A stretch of 63,039 bases of DNA, the filler included. It is 16 parts of 16 records of this genome, joined end to end, with 100 filler letters (N's around TTAATTAATTAA, not from the genome) between each part and the next. Parts side by side here need not be neighbours in the genome. Positions count along the whole stretch, not along the records: positions 1 to 2,097 come from SRR9188676_845; positions 2,198 to 12,355 come from SRR9188676_846; positions 12,456 to 15,063 come from SRR9188676_851; 13 more parts are not named here. One strand, given 5' to 3'. The notes beneath the pieces are model-generated. The model had not been told where the DNA came from. It worked only from the letters and a program-made list of their open reading frames with translations, and searched no databases. The first letter of the stretch is position 1; each line of letters starts with the position of its first letter. Below are positions 1-12,566 of this stretch, in pieces. The position numbers and the translations under genes are program-made.

Positions 1-243
1 GTTTAGCAATAGATTCTGCACTGATTTTGGCGCTTATGAGCTTTTTTTTTTAGTTTTTATTCATTCGTCTCTGTTGATAAAAAGGAAAACAGGGGCTCTA
101 TCGAACTGCGACCGAACGACAGGATATTTCTTGTGAGCGATGAGGAAATCGTTCAGAGTGAGAATGTTATGTTTAACACAACAACCTGAAATTACATCCC
201 CCGCTTCATCTAACTGTCCCCGCTCTCCCTCCCTTCCCCCTTG

Positions 244-1739
244 ATGGCAATATCTCTAGAAGACGAACTTCAGCTTCAAGTCCCCTCCCCTGAACGCCCT
301 AGCACCCCTGACCACGATACCAATTTCCTGAATGGGAACATGAAGCGCAAACGCACCAGCACATCAAATGTAACCACTACATCTAGTCAAGCCACCGTCC
401 CAGGGCCATCAGGCACTGCTCGAAGTGAGGGAATCCCCTCAAACTCTTCAGGAAAAACTACAACATCTACTACAACATCCTCTTCGCAAACGAAATCAAA
501 ACCAGACTCGCAAGCACCAGCGCATACACAGGGCTCTAAAACACAATCATCATCAGACAAAAAGTCATCGAATTCGAAATCGCAATTGTCAGGAGTGCGG
601 GTCCCCGGTTCGAACATCCGTGATATGTCTCGCCACTTCTCTTCCTTTTCCGATTCAGACTCACAGTCCGATTCGCCCCCCAGCAAACGGAATCGCTCCA
701 ATCACACACACATACACACTAATCCACAGGACCATATTCAACACAAGAAAAGAACCCAGCATGTTGCTCAGAGTGATTCAGGATCTAATCAACCCCCTCG
801 TTCCCGCAAAGTCAGCGTGCCAACTCGCCCGCGCCCTCCAACTGCCCAGCGTGTCGGCTACCCTGTACCTAAAGACCTCTTTTCTGATCATGATATGGAT
901 ATTGAGATGGATGCTGATGTGTGTGTCGAAATTGAAGATGTTGAATCCGAACCAAAATATCATTCTGTACATCCTATCACCAAATCCAAACCCACACCTA
1001 CACAAAGGCCTTTTTCCATCTCCGAATCATCTCGCCAAGCTCCCACACAGAAATCTCGTGCTTCTTCTGCATCTGCGCCTGTCTGCACCACCATCAATAC
1101 CAGCACCACATCCAATCACAGTCAAAACAACAAATTCCCAGATTCGAAAACCCAATCTCCATCTAAGCTTTCTACTACTGCATATATCTCAGACTCAACC
1201 TCGAACTCTCTCTCTCCCTCTGTGCCTCACTCTCCGCGTAAAACCAGACTCAAATTACGGGCGAATATCAAGCAAACACAACAAACACCTGCATCTCACC
1301 CTCAACAAAAACCCGACTCCCATTCCAAGCAACAAACCCAGATATCATCCCATCCCCCCTCGACTCCACCAACAACCATCACATCTACCACTACCACCGG
1401 ACCCTCTACACGAGGCCGAAAACAAGTTTCTGGATCAGCGTCAGGATCAGGATCTGAATCACAAGCAAAACCAGCATCATCATTATCATCTAGACCAGTG
1501 GTTGCAGCATCGAATGGGCATCTCTCAGATGCCTCTAGTGTGAGCGCGAATGGAGTAGCATCCACAAACCCTCTGCATACGAAACGTAGCACACGAAGCA
1601 CAGTCCCAGATTTATCCGGTCTCTCTACGACTGCCTCACCGACGGACAATCCTAATAATAATAGTCTGAATGGTACTCATGCAGAGGTGTCAAACGCGTC
1701 CCAGAGCCAATCAGATTCGATGGCCCCGCCCGCAGCCCG
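244..1739 (+). CDS. First exon of an unknown protein with a long Ser/Thr/Pro/Gln-rich disordered N-terminus (3'-partial)
   Basis: About 500 open codons with basic NLS-like patches (KRKR, SKRNR). Probable donor CG|GTACGG at 1740, after which the ORF becomes T-rich and intron-like. Confidence 0.7.
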
Positions 1740-3076
1740 GTACGGCACACGCATCTTTATCTCACATCGCATACTCTCGTTCTTTCACATGCTACTGGAA
1801 TACACCGATAGTCAAGTTTTTCTCGAAATTTTTTTCACAGTTTCGCATCATTATTCCTTCAAATTTATATTCTCTCGTCCCTCTTTTCATGAGTGCCATT
1901 TTTGGTCCATTATCATTCCCGGAACACGCGCAATATTTACGATTTTTTCACGTTTCATTTGGTGATTGATTCTATCTGATCGCACACGGCGATGTGCTGA
2001 TTTCACCCCTCCCCTCTCTCCTGCTCTTCCTGAGTTTTGTCTGTGTCTGTATGTCGATGTTCTATGCCTCCTCCACGGCGACCATTCTCTAACTCTCNNN
2101 NNNNNNNNNNNNNNNNNNNNNNNNNNNNNNNNNNNNNNNNNTTAATTAATTAANNNNNNNNNNNNNNNNNNNNNNNNNNNNNNNNNNNNNNNNNNNNAAA
2201 ACATCAAAAAACGTTGAAAAACGTTGCCTGACGCTTTTCCCCCAATGTTTTTCAGTATTTTTCAGCGCGTGCAACGTGTAAAACGTATTCAAGTCATTGA
2301 AAATGGCGATCTACTCACGGGGTTGCAAAACTCACGAAGTCTCGAGCAATCTAGGAGTGCTATGGCTAAGCCTACGGCCACATGCATTCTGATGACTTAC
2401 ATCATTGCTGTATGGCTGTAGGGGGTATCGGAGAGAGAGCGTTCATCTGCTGCTGCTGACACTTTCTCTCTCTTCCGAAATTTCCGTCAGATGCTGGATG
2501 GCTATTTGTATATAGTGACGAGAAGGTTTTACCGGTGGTTCTCCCAGGGCGGTGAGGGCAGGATGACAACTTGGGATGGACTGCCATCTGAGACTCCCGG
2601 TTGCCCACAGAATCGGAGGATTCAGTTTTTGAAATTGAAAACAAGACTGTTCTTGATTTTCAACTCTACCTGATTGTTGTTTGTTCTGGGATTTGTCGGA
2701 AATGATAGGACCCTCGGACTGCTGCAAGTGGCAGGTGATGATGCACATGAGAAGCGTTTTTCGAATTGTTTTTTCCTCGAAATTTACCTCTGATCATAGA
2801 ATTGAATGCTGATAGTGATGTATACATGTTGCAAGCCATAGACTCTGAGAGAAGCAAAGCGATGAAAGTGTGAATGTACGCGAACGCGAAGGGTCACAAC
2901 ATCTAGATGTGACATTTTCAGGCAGGGGACGCGTGGACGCGTGCACCACAAAGTCAGCTCCTCGAAAAGTCACTTTTCCAAGTTCGTAGATTCTACTCAG
3001 ATGGCACCGCAATCGCGGCGGCCGAGAGGTATCATATATTTGAGTGTTTTTGTGCATTTGTTTGAAAAAAGAAGCT

Positions 3077-6000
3077 CATTTTTATGCATGGGTAGACCGA
3101 TCGAGGAGATTCGCGAAACCTGAGACGCCCGACAGCTCCTTTTTGCAGCTAGAAGCCACAAATGTAAAGGATATTCTTATAAAAAGCCGGAAAGAGCTCA
3201 TCGACAAGGTCTTCGCCCTCAATGCAACGTCGACAAATCCCCACCTCGAAGTAGACGAGGTCCTGCAACCAATACCAGCCACGTAAGGAGCCAACATGTT
3301 TTTTTCCGTTCCTGGTACTTCTCTATCTTATATTATTATCCTGTTACTTAGATTTCCTACTGAAAGTGAATACCGCAAGTTCTTCATTCCATTGATCTTC
3401 GATGAAATCATGGCTCAAATCGAACAAGCACGAGTTGCATTGAAGAAAAGAATGATTGAGAATGCACCTCACATTGAGCTTGATCTTTTCAAATGTACGT
3501 TCTCGATAAAATGAAAGAACTAGACTCATCTTCTATGAAACTCAGCATGTGCGACAGACATCAAGATCATAGAAGAAAGCGATCGGGTTGTCACGGTATG
3601 AAATGTTATTTTTAATCCTTGAAATGGAGAAGAATAATTGTATCTGATGAAGCCTGTTTTAGATCATAGGAGAAAAGGAAGAGCTTGTTGAGGCAAAAAT
3701 CACACTCCCGACCGATCCGTATGCATTTTTTCCTCCTCAATATGATTCTATTTTTTTCTATCTACCTGTATTTTCCATATTCTGTTTGTGTTTTGGCGAG
3801 CATCTCACCGACATCTACTATAGGGGAGCTCGAAAGGGTGTTCTACCCTATGATCTGCTCCTGCTCGAACGTGTCTTCGGCAATAACAAGAGAGAAAAGA
3901 GAAGTGCCGAAGAGGAATATGGAATGGGTGGCTTTGATGACTCTGACTCGTTGAGCGAAAGTGATGACGATAGTGAATCGTTTAAGGTGTGATGATTCAA
4001 ATGTTCTCACCCCGTCAAATTTTGCATCTCCCAATCTGTTTTTCGTTTGATTGATTCCATTCTGTGTGACGTATGTTCAGCCGTACGACCAAAATTGTGT
4101 TATCGTGATTGTTAAAGAGCCCGAAACCCAAAGTGGTGCGGCCAGGTTAATTGTTCCAGACTGGAGCGTCGATTCAGGTTTATGGCGGTAAGCATTCTCC
4201 GATTCAGATTCAGCTTCAAGGTTTGATCACTTATGTCTCTCTCTAGTCCAAATCGCAAATATATTGCAGAGAGTGTTGGGTTCATCAATTACATCCGCAT
4301 GTGGCAAATCCTGCATGTTCCCTTGCGTCCCAGCAAAATCCCTTTCCTTTCCTCACTGCTTGACGGCGCTCATCAGAGTATGTTTCATTCTCTTCATTTG
4401 TTTGCCCGAATTTCAAGTCGTTCACTTTTTCTTCCTTTTTTCTTTTTTGCTGTGTTTTGTATAGAGCCACTGGTAGTGGAACCAAAGTATCGCGCAGGCA
4501 CAGAAGCGATCGTGAGAAGGTTGCAAGAATCATTAGCCAGCAATGAGATGCAAAAAAAAGTTGTAAACACTTTTCTCAATGCAGAGGAAGGGCTGTTTAT
4601 TACTCAGGTCTGTTCGTCTCCCACTTTCAATGGTTCATCTTATATTTACTATTATGTTATTTTTGCAGGGGCCACCCGGTACTGGTAAGACGACGACTAT
4701 TATTTCACTTTTGTCCCTGCTCGCTCAGCAGTCAAAGCGTCCAACTTGTCTCGTCTCTGCCCCAACCAATAAGGCCTTGCAGGTACGGACTCGATTTCGC
4801 GCTTTTTATCGCCATCATAGTTTAATAGAAAAATGAAGGGAAAAATGATTCACTGAAATTCTGGGAGATCGTTGCTGAGGCAATCCATGGGATCTTGGTG
4901 CCGCGATTGTACTCTTATCGGAGGCGAATCGGTAAAGGAAGAGATATAACAAGGGGTCACAACCCTTGCGAAAAAGAGAAGCGCCGTTCCGGCTGTTGAT
5001 TGACGTGGAAATGTACATCGAGAAATGTCTGAAGTCTCATAATTGTTAAAACAAGCAAAGGAAGTCTGAGCAATTCCTGAAATGATTGGGATTGCATTGT
5101 AAGAAAATGACCAAGAGAGTCTTCTCTTATGGATCCTCTCGCTGTAGTAGACTCGTAACAAAAACTTCAGATTTTGGTGAGTTGTCTTGGAAAGACCACG
5201 GCTGCGTGACTCATATTTTTCTTTTTGTGACATTTCGCTTTTCCCGTTTCCAGAATCTTGCCAAGAAGTTCATAGCCGAAAATCCCAACGTATGTGTCGC
5301 ACTGCAAGGTGTGGAGGAGAAGCTATTGGATCACAATCCTGACTTGGCCAAGATATTTGCTCCCAGGTTCATGGAAATTATCCTTCGTGATATCGAGAAG
5401 CTCCGTGACTTTGAAATCGGCGCTTTGCAAAAAATTGTACAAGAAATGCTGGAAGGCTCCAGTTCAAGCTGCACGTTGGAGGTACGCGATTTCATAATTT
5501 TAATCTATCCTATTGGAGCGAGTGACAAGAAGAAAAATCGAGCTCTCCTCGACCTACTACCTTCTTTCATTCTGATTCAAATCTTCAGCAACAATTCTAG
5601 AAAAATCTGGATCGTTTTCCTTTCTGTCATCGCACGTTCTCGTTGCGATTTCTTGCGAATTTGACGATTTTTGTTTTTCTCACTAACCCCTCAATGTAGC
5701 GTTCTATCTCAAGTTCTTCAATTCCTTGTCCTGTGAATGATGTAGGCTCAGACTATTGACAGACTCGTTCAATGTCTCAATCTCCATGCTTCGATTTCTC
5801 TTCGATGTTCATGGGTTCGACGGATTGACAAAGTCGTAATGCGAGGAGATGAGTTTGCTCAGCGCTACGATGCAGACTTTTTCCGGCGTGCCATATCTGT
5901 ATGTACTTTCTCGCTCTCATTCTTGATCTCTTTAATGCATCCGACAGCAAGGTTTTATGCAATTGTTTTTTTTTTTCATCAACCCTCAACCGAACTTCAT

Positions 6001-9000
6001 CTTCTCTCTCCCTCTGCCTCTCCCTCACCCTCTCCTTCTCTCTCTCCACCTTTCAATTTTCCAGGAGATCTGCAGAGAATGTGAGGACAAGGAAAAGTCG
6101 GGACAGTACCTTGCCCAAAACTGGACTCGCGAGAAGGTCGAGCACTTAAAGCGGCTATTGGACAAGTGGGACAAGTTCTTGAAAATGCAAGGAATCGCCT
6201 TCGATGAGGTATTTTGTGGGCTGTCATTCTACCATCCTTTGAACACTGGAGAAATTTCAGAGTAACATGGAAAATATTTTCCCGACTTATCAGCGATCAG
6301 AGGGTTCAAGAACAAACTCCAACTGCCATCTCACAACTCGTGCTCGATTTACGGATTCACGACTCGGAGTTGGGATGGGAAATTGGATCTGGTTGCCAAA
6401 AAAATCGGGAAAAAACTTGCGGGGTCTGGTGGAGAAAAATCGTATCTTTGACTTTGTGCATTGCTTGTCTTGTTCATTTTCACCTTTTTCCCGGAGTCTT
6501 CCAGTCAGAAGACAGCACTAACAATTGTCTAAGGTACTTGCAACTTTCCGAGAGGCCGCGCCCGGACCCCAGACTCTCCATCACCTTAATTACTGCTCAT
6601 GTCCATCTCCTCTACTGAGTCCCGACTCTAGGTTCACCTATGGAACAATCCTCTGATTAGCGAACTCAATCTACTCCACACATAATCCTTGTATTCAACA
6701 GGAATGCGCTTCCAGTTCGACTGATATCTACAATGATTTCCACACACTGAATAACCGGAACCCCTTGTTTTCACTCATGATTCTGATGCACTCGATGCCC
6801 AATTAATCCCTCCTCCCTCTCCCTTGTTGGCTGGCTCTTTCCCTCTTTTATGAAACAGATTAAGGACAAAGACGTTGAGACCGATCTTCTGAAGGACTCC
6901 TTCATTATTTTCACCTCTCTGAGTGTCTCCGCACGTGAACAAATTCGCATGATCAAGCGTAAAATTCTCATTGTGGACGAGGCAGGTCAAGCTATTGAGC
7001 CAGGTACGAACTGAGAGATTTGTCCCCTCAACGTTACCTTCATGTGATTTACCCACTTTCTAGCGATCGTTTCACATTGATTTTACGTGTCCAATGATCT
7101 GATTTTTGCTGGGACATCACTTTTCCATCCATTTGTAAAAACAACATCAGAGCTGCTGCTTGCATTCCACTGCCTGCCTAAGCGGTGCCTACTCGTCGGT
7201 GATCCGCGCCAGTTGCCAGCTTTGATCAAATCTCCGGCTTCGAAGCGTTGTAATTTGGGGAGATCCACAATGGCTCGTCTGATGGATGAATGCAAATTCC
7301 CCCACATGATGCTCAACAGGCAATTCCGAATGCATCCAGAAATTAGGTCAGTCATTTGACTTGGATACTTCAGAGACCACAATCGTGATTGTTCTAGGCA
7401 TCGTTGAATGATCATGTTTTATCTGGTAGAGTGCCATTTTTAAGTGAGATGTATCCGGTGCGTTCATTAAAGAAGTTTTATTTTGTAGAAGGCTCGAAGA
7501 ATATTTCTGTGTGGGTGTCAGGAAAGTGGTCATCATGCTTCCAAGCCCCGCAACTAACTTACGCGTACGCGTTTCAGAAGAAAGAATATATATCATTCAA
7601 AGCTATTCGAAGTATTTCATGTGATTCAGGTCTAAAGCGCTTTGCTCGCAAGCTGGAGTCTTTTCAGGCGCCCATCATTTCCCTAAAAATTCAGATTTTC
7701 TAAGTACCTTTTTTTTGCTTCTCGAAATGTTTAGTGTGAGAAAGCAGAACCGATATCCAAAAAAAAAAAAAGCAACAACATGAACAGAATTTTCCATCTT
7801 ACCATGACGTCTAAACCCTCTCTAATCTTGATTTCATTTGCACTCATTTACATTCCTCGGGTTCTTTGTCTAGTATCTTCCCTCGCCATCAGTTCTATAA
7901 TGGTGAGCTGGAAGATGCTCCGGGTATCGGGAATCGCATCTCGCCCTTTCAGAAGGCTCCCCGCCATCTTGCACCTCTTGCGTTTTTCAATGTCAAGGGC
8001 CAGGAGTCCCGCGATGCGAACTCATTCTCAATCAAGAACGACGTAGAAGCCCTTGTGGTCGCAGAGATCATCAAGTCACTCAGTGAGTCACACCTTGTTT
8101 TTCCGTTTCCGAGGAGCTGCTACATTCCGTAGTTTCTCGTATCCTTCAGGTTCGGAATTGACCCTTCACGAAAATGAATTTCATCATCTGCCTTGGTCTT
8201 TTCCAGAAAATGCTGGATTACTTACAACATTCATTTTTTAGCTTTTCGACTACTGAGTGAAGTTGGCTGCCAAAAAAATTGAAATCTCCCCCCAGCTGTC
8301 CGAACAAACCAGGTGTTTTAAATCCCACAACCGAGATACATGCACAAACTTTTTCAGAGTCAAATCTGCAGAACCATAGGTTTATTCTCCTCGTTTTTTT
8401 TTTTTACTCAGCACTTTGCTCATTCTCGAAGTTTCGTGCTCTCAACACGCCCCCTATCGCCTTTTTCCTTGTTGGAATTTTTCGAAAGTGTCACGAATGA
8501 ATAAGTTGTGAATTTGAAGGCCTTTACTCCGTTTTTGAACGAATGTGTTGCTTCGTTACATCAATCAACACTGATATTCACATCGATTATATTATTACTT
8601 CACAACTGATCGTCTTCTGGAACCGCTCATACTCTTCCGGCCGGATGTGGACCTGCTTCAATGGTCATGGAGATTTTTCGATTAGACTTGTCTTAGTCCG
8701 GCCGACGTCCGACCGCATCCGGCAGAGAGATTTACTGAACTCAGCAAAAAAAAAAAAAAAAATCGCAATCGGGATAGCCACACACAGCTGTTAGCTGACT
8801 CGACAGGGCCGGAGTCCGGCGGGTCTATCAGGAAAAAACACGCAACGTTTTGAAACATCTGAAAACGTTTTGCAACACTTGAACCGTTTTTCAACTCTTT
8901 TCAACGTTTCCGAATGTTTTTACACCCATTGAAAAAGCTGGAAAACGCCGAGAAAACGTTGAAAAGCGTTGAAGATCTGTTCAAGCATTGAAAAACGTCT

Positions 9001-10495
9001 TTTCACATTTTTACACGTTTTAAACTTTGAAAAACGTTGCGTGGTTCTTCCTGATGTCAGCCTTCAGCCTAGCTCCTATCAATATGTCGCTTCGTACCGG
9101 GAGACGTGAAGAAAATTGTTAACTGTCACAATCGCAAAGAAGGTTCTCATCACATCAAGTTGAGGTCAGATAATCCTTGACCTGGTCGTCATCATTCTGA
9201 ATAAAACCCTGAACTGAAAATGATTCAATCTTCCGATTCCATGACATCTCTCGAATCTCAGAATTTTCATCTGAGATAATTCTCATTGTCTTGATATTCT
9301 AATATGTTCTCTTCAGAGGGACATGGGCTGATCGACAGCGAAACCACGGTAGGCGTGATCACGTTCTACAAAAGTCAAGTTATCTGTATCAAGGATACGC
9401 TCGCAGTCAAAGGACTCGACAATGAAAATATTAATGTGCATACAATCGATTCATTCCAAGGTGTGTTTCTCCATCCTCTGTCCCTTGCATGTTCTCATCG
9501 ACACTCATCGCTCAATCTCACCGACACCACCGATCCAACTCACCGGGTTCAAATGCTCCTCCGTTGTTTTCGTGCTTCGGGAGTATATTGCGAGTAAGGA
9601 CCAACATTTTCTTCTCCGCCTGAGACAGAAAATTGTGACATGAGGTTTCTCATCTCCCATTATAATACACTAAGATAATTTTTCGTACGAGATGATTGAT
9701 GGACTGAGCTTCTCCATTTATTCTAGAACACAATTCTCCCTGACAAGTGAGATTTCGACCCGCTCGAGTGTACACAACTTTCTCTTTTTGATTGATTCTT
9801 CATGACAGGTCGAGAAATGGACATTATTATCATCTCGTTTGTTCGGAGCAATGAGAAGGGAAACTTGGATTTCCTTCAAGATCCTCAGCGCTTGAATGTT
9901 GCCATCACACGTGCGATACACACGCTCCTGCTCGTTGGACATAGGCCAACTCTCCAGCAAGCCAAGGGCAACGAGAACGTGATTCTTGATCTCGTCGACA
10001 ACCTCGCGAGGCGAAACCGCACGTATGAAGCGAGCAAGTTCTTTAATATTAGTATGTGTGATTTACCTTGTTTTATTACTCTTTTTCGTCCTAAAATGTG
10101 TTGCAAACCTCTCCTTAACTTCGGACCCGGTCGTTGTGGCCAATATATGTCTTCTTATCTGATATGACTCGTTTCTATATTGGCTTCCCTCTTCCCTACA
10201 CGTCGTTGAGTACAACTTGAGAACAAGCTGACAATGAATACCCTTGAATGTTCTGTTCACAATTCTGTTTCGGGCACCTTATAATATTCACGTACTTTCT
10301 TCTTCCTGACACGGCTGGCCCCCTTTCTAATCTCCAGCAATTGAAGCGAGTCCCGACGAGCAAGCACAGAAAAAACTCCGGCTCGCTCAAAAACCCCTCC
10401 AGCAATTTTTCCACGATTTCCAGAGAGAAAAGAAGCGGCTCGACCACCCATGCCGTCGAGGCCCGTACACCAATCTGACGGAGACTCACTGCTTG
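3077..10495 (+). CDS. Sen1/senataxin-like (Upf1-family) SF1 helicase, multi-exon; boundaries approximate
   Basis: Motifs in order across exons: FPTESEYRKFFIPLIFDE, QGPPGTGKT (~4669), VSAPTNKA, IVDEAGQA (~6970), LVGDPRQLP, LNRQFRMHPEI, FYNGEL, VGVITFYKSQV, TIDSFQG|RE, FVRSN, RLNVAITRA (~9890). Confidence 0.92.
8829..9053. mobile_element. MITE (225 bp) inside a helicase intron
   Basis: TIRs CAGGAAAAAACACGCAACGTTTT / AAAACGTTGCGTGGTTCTTCCTG (2 mismatches), flanked by AT on both sides. Interior is rich in AAAACGTT sub-repeats. Confidence 0.8.
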
Positions 10496-11172
10496 GTACG
10501 AATCATGACTTATTCCTAGTTCAACTTACTTTTGAGATCTCATTCTAGTTTGTTTTCGATCTGTTAGAACACTCTCTCACTAAATTTCATGCTCATTTCA
10601 GACATTTATATCCTACAATAAGTATCCATCACTCTCGCTGATTAGATGAAGCGAGAAATGAGGGTGGATGTGCTGTATATCCCAGAACGTTTTCTTAGAA
10701 GTCATCTAGAGAGAATTGCCATAGAAGAGAATTAGGACCATTTAGGTCGGGAGTATAGTCTGCACCCAATGGGATGGTTTCATATGATACGACAATCCTA
10801 AATTGAACTGTCGTATGTGTGTGGTGACTGTATTATCTATGACTGGAGTGATGAAGAGAGCATCAAGATTCTGAGCCTTGTCCGCAATGAGCTGCAGGAA
10901 GGGTACTTTGGGCAATGAGAGCGATAGAAGAGACGGTTATAGCTCGGAAGCAGAACATCAACCGTGACACGATTTTGCTAAGAATTCCTAAAATCTGGAA
11001 ATCGCGCTCTGACATTGTTTGGTAACTCTGAGAAACATATATTCTAGTGAATCGCTCACCGGCAGCACACCTGGCCGGTTATTAACTATCTGGCTGTTCT
11101 CTAATGTAAGAGTATGAATTATGTTGCATGTGTGTCTGTCCATAGCTTAAAGAGATGTGCCTATTCCTCCAG

Positions 11173-12113
11173 TTTCACCATCATCTGGACGTTGAAGACA
11201 TTGTTCTTCGCGGCCCACATGGATATCCCAGGGCTGTAATCCCGGAGGTTGTTAATGAGAATGAACTCCATCTCCTTCAGCCCGGGAAGAATCTCAAAGC
11301 AGTGCGTGTATCCCTCCAACAGTTTCCGGTTAATGTGTCGTTCACGCTCGGTATGGATACTTCCCTCGTCCCTCGCTTCCTGTTCATTTTCCCCCGCTTT
11401 CTCTATACCAATCAATGTGCTGTCTTTTTTCAATCTTATCGTCGCACTTTCCGACAATTTTTGTTCTGCGAAAACTGGCCTGTCAGTGTCAAGGGTCTCC
11501 TCGCACTTTTGCACAGACCATGCGTAGCAAGCAACCTCATCAAGTAATTCAGTGACGACGACCAGATAGAATGAAATATACAACATAACTCCGTTTCATT
11601 CAGGTGTTCGAACTTGCACTCGTCGCAACATGCATCATCATACCACTATATCGAAATTTATTAATCTCATATTTATCGCGGATTTGATCGCTCGTGCCAA
11701 TTTTCCATTTTTTGTATTGCTTCTTTTTGCTTATGCATGTTCATTTCTTTCGTCTAAATGCAGTTCATCGACCATCATTCGGTCTCGTGCTGGGTCAGGA
11801 GGAGTGCACCTACAACCTACGTTTCCCAGGGTCATACTTCATTTATTCCACTCAGCTCCCAGAAGCCTTAGAAATCGAGGTAAGAATCATACCTCGCCTC
11901 ACGCTCCCTTCCTTATAGTCTACCGTATCTTGTGTTCCTCTCATTTCAACTCGATTGATTCGTACACTTAGGGTCATGCACTCGCACATCACATTACAGT
12001 ACATCATATCACATTTTCGAGGTCATCACTTGTCCATCATTTGCGATTCTGCTGTCGATGTTCCTCTGTCTGATTTTACTTTCTCCTCTCTGTTCTGAAT
12101 ACAGGTCGAAGAG
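11173..12113 (+). CDS. Phase-compatible exons 11173-11350, 11764-11879 and 12105-12113; helicase C-terminal extension or a separate unknown gene
   Basis: Canonical AG/GT boundaries give a continuous frame FHHHLDVEDIV...SFTL-V-HRPSFG...EALEIE-VEE. Confidence 0.6.
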
Positions 12114-12566
12114 GTATGCTTTTCTTGTGTCGCTGCGATACCATTTCCTCAAATTTGTCTCTCTGCTTAAAGTTCTTCTTCACAATGACCGTCTTTCGAC
12201 CAGTGCATGCTCGCTTACTATTTCACTGTTTCCGCACGGCTAGCTCGGAAGATCACTTTCCTCGCCACTATCCTGGCACCAGATCATTTTTCTCGAAAAT
12301 AACCTCCACACCCCTTGATAGGGCATGCCCTTAATCTTGCACCGCATTCTCGAGCNNNNNNNNNNNNNNNNNNNNNNNNNNNNNNNNNNNNNNNNNNNNT
12401 TAATTAATTAANNNNNNNNNNNNNNNNNNNNNNNNNNNNNNNNNNNNNNNNNNNNAATTTATGAGCTTATTTATTTATATATGGAAACTTGTTTATTGAA
12501 TTGAAACTATTCAAGACAAACATGTTAAGAGGGAGAGTTGCAGGCGACTAGGAGTCATCATGTCTC

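Noticed and set aside
425-1543. 372-aa overlapping ORF and similar shadow ORFs (47646-48347, 44950-45609, 12655-13131)
   Set aside because: Alternative-frame or antisense by-products of low-complexity coding sequence.
11161-11586. 141-aa minus-strand ORF
   Set aside because: Antisense to a plus-strand exon that has canonical, phase-matched splice sites.
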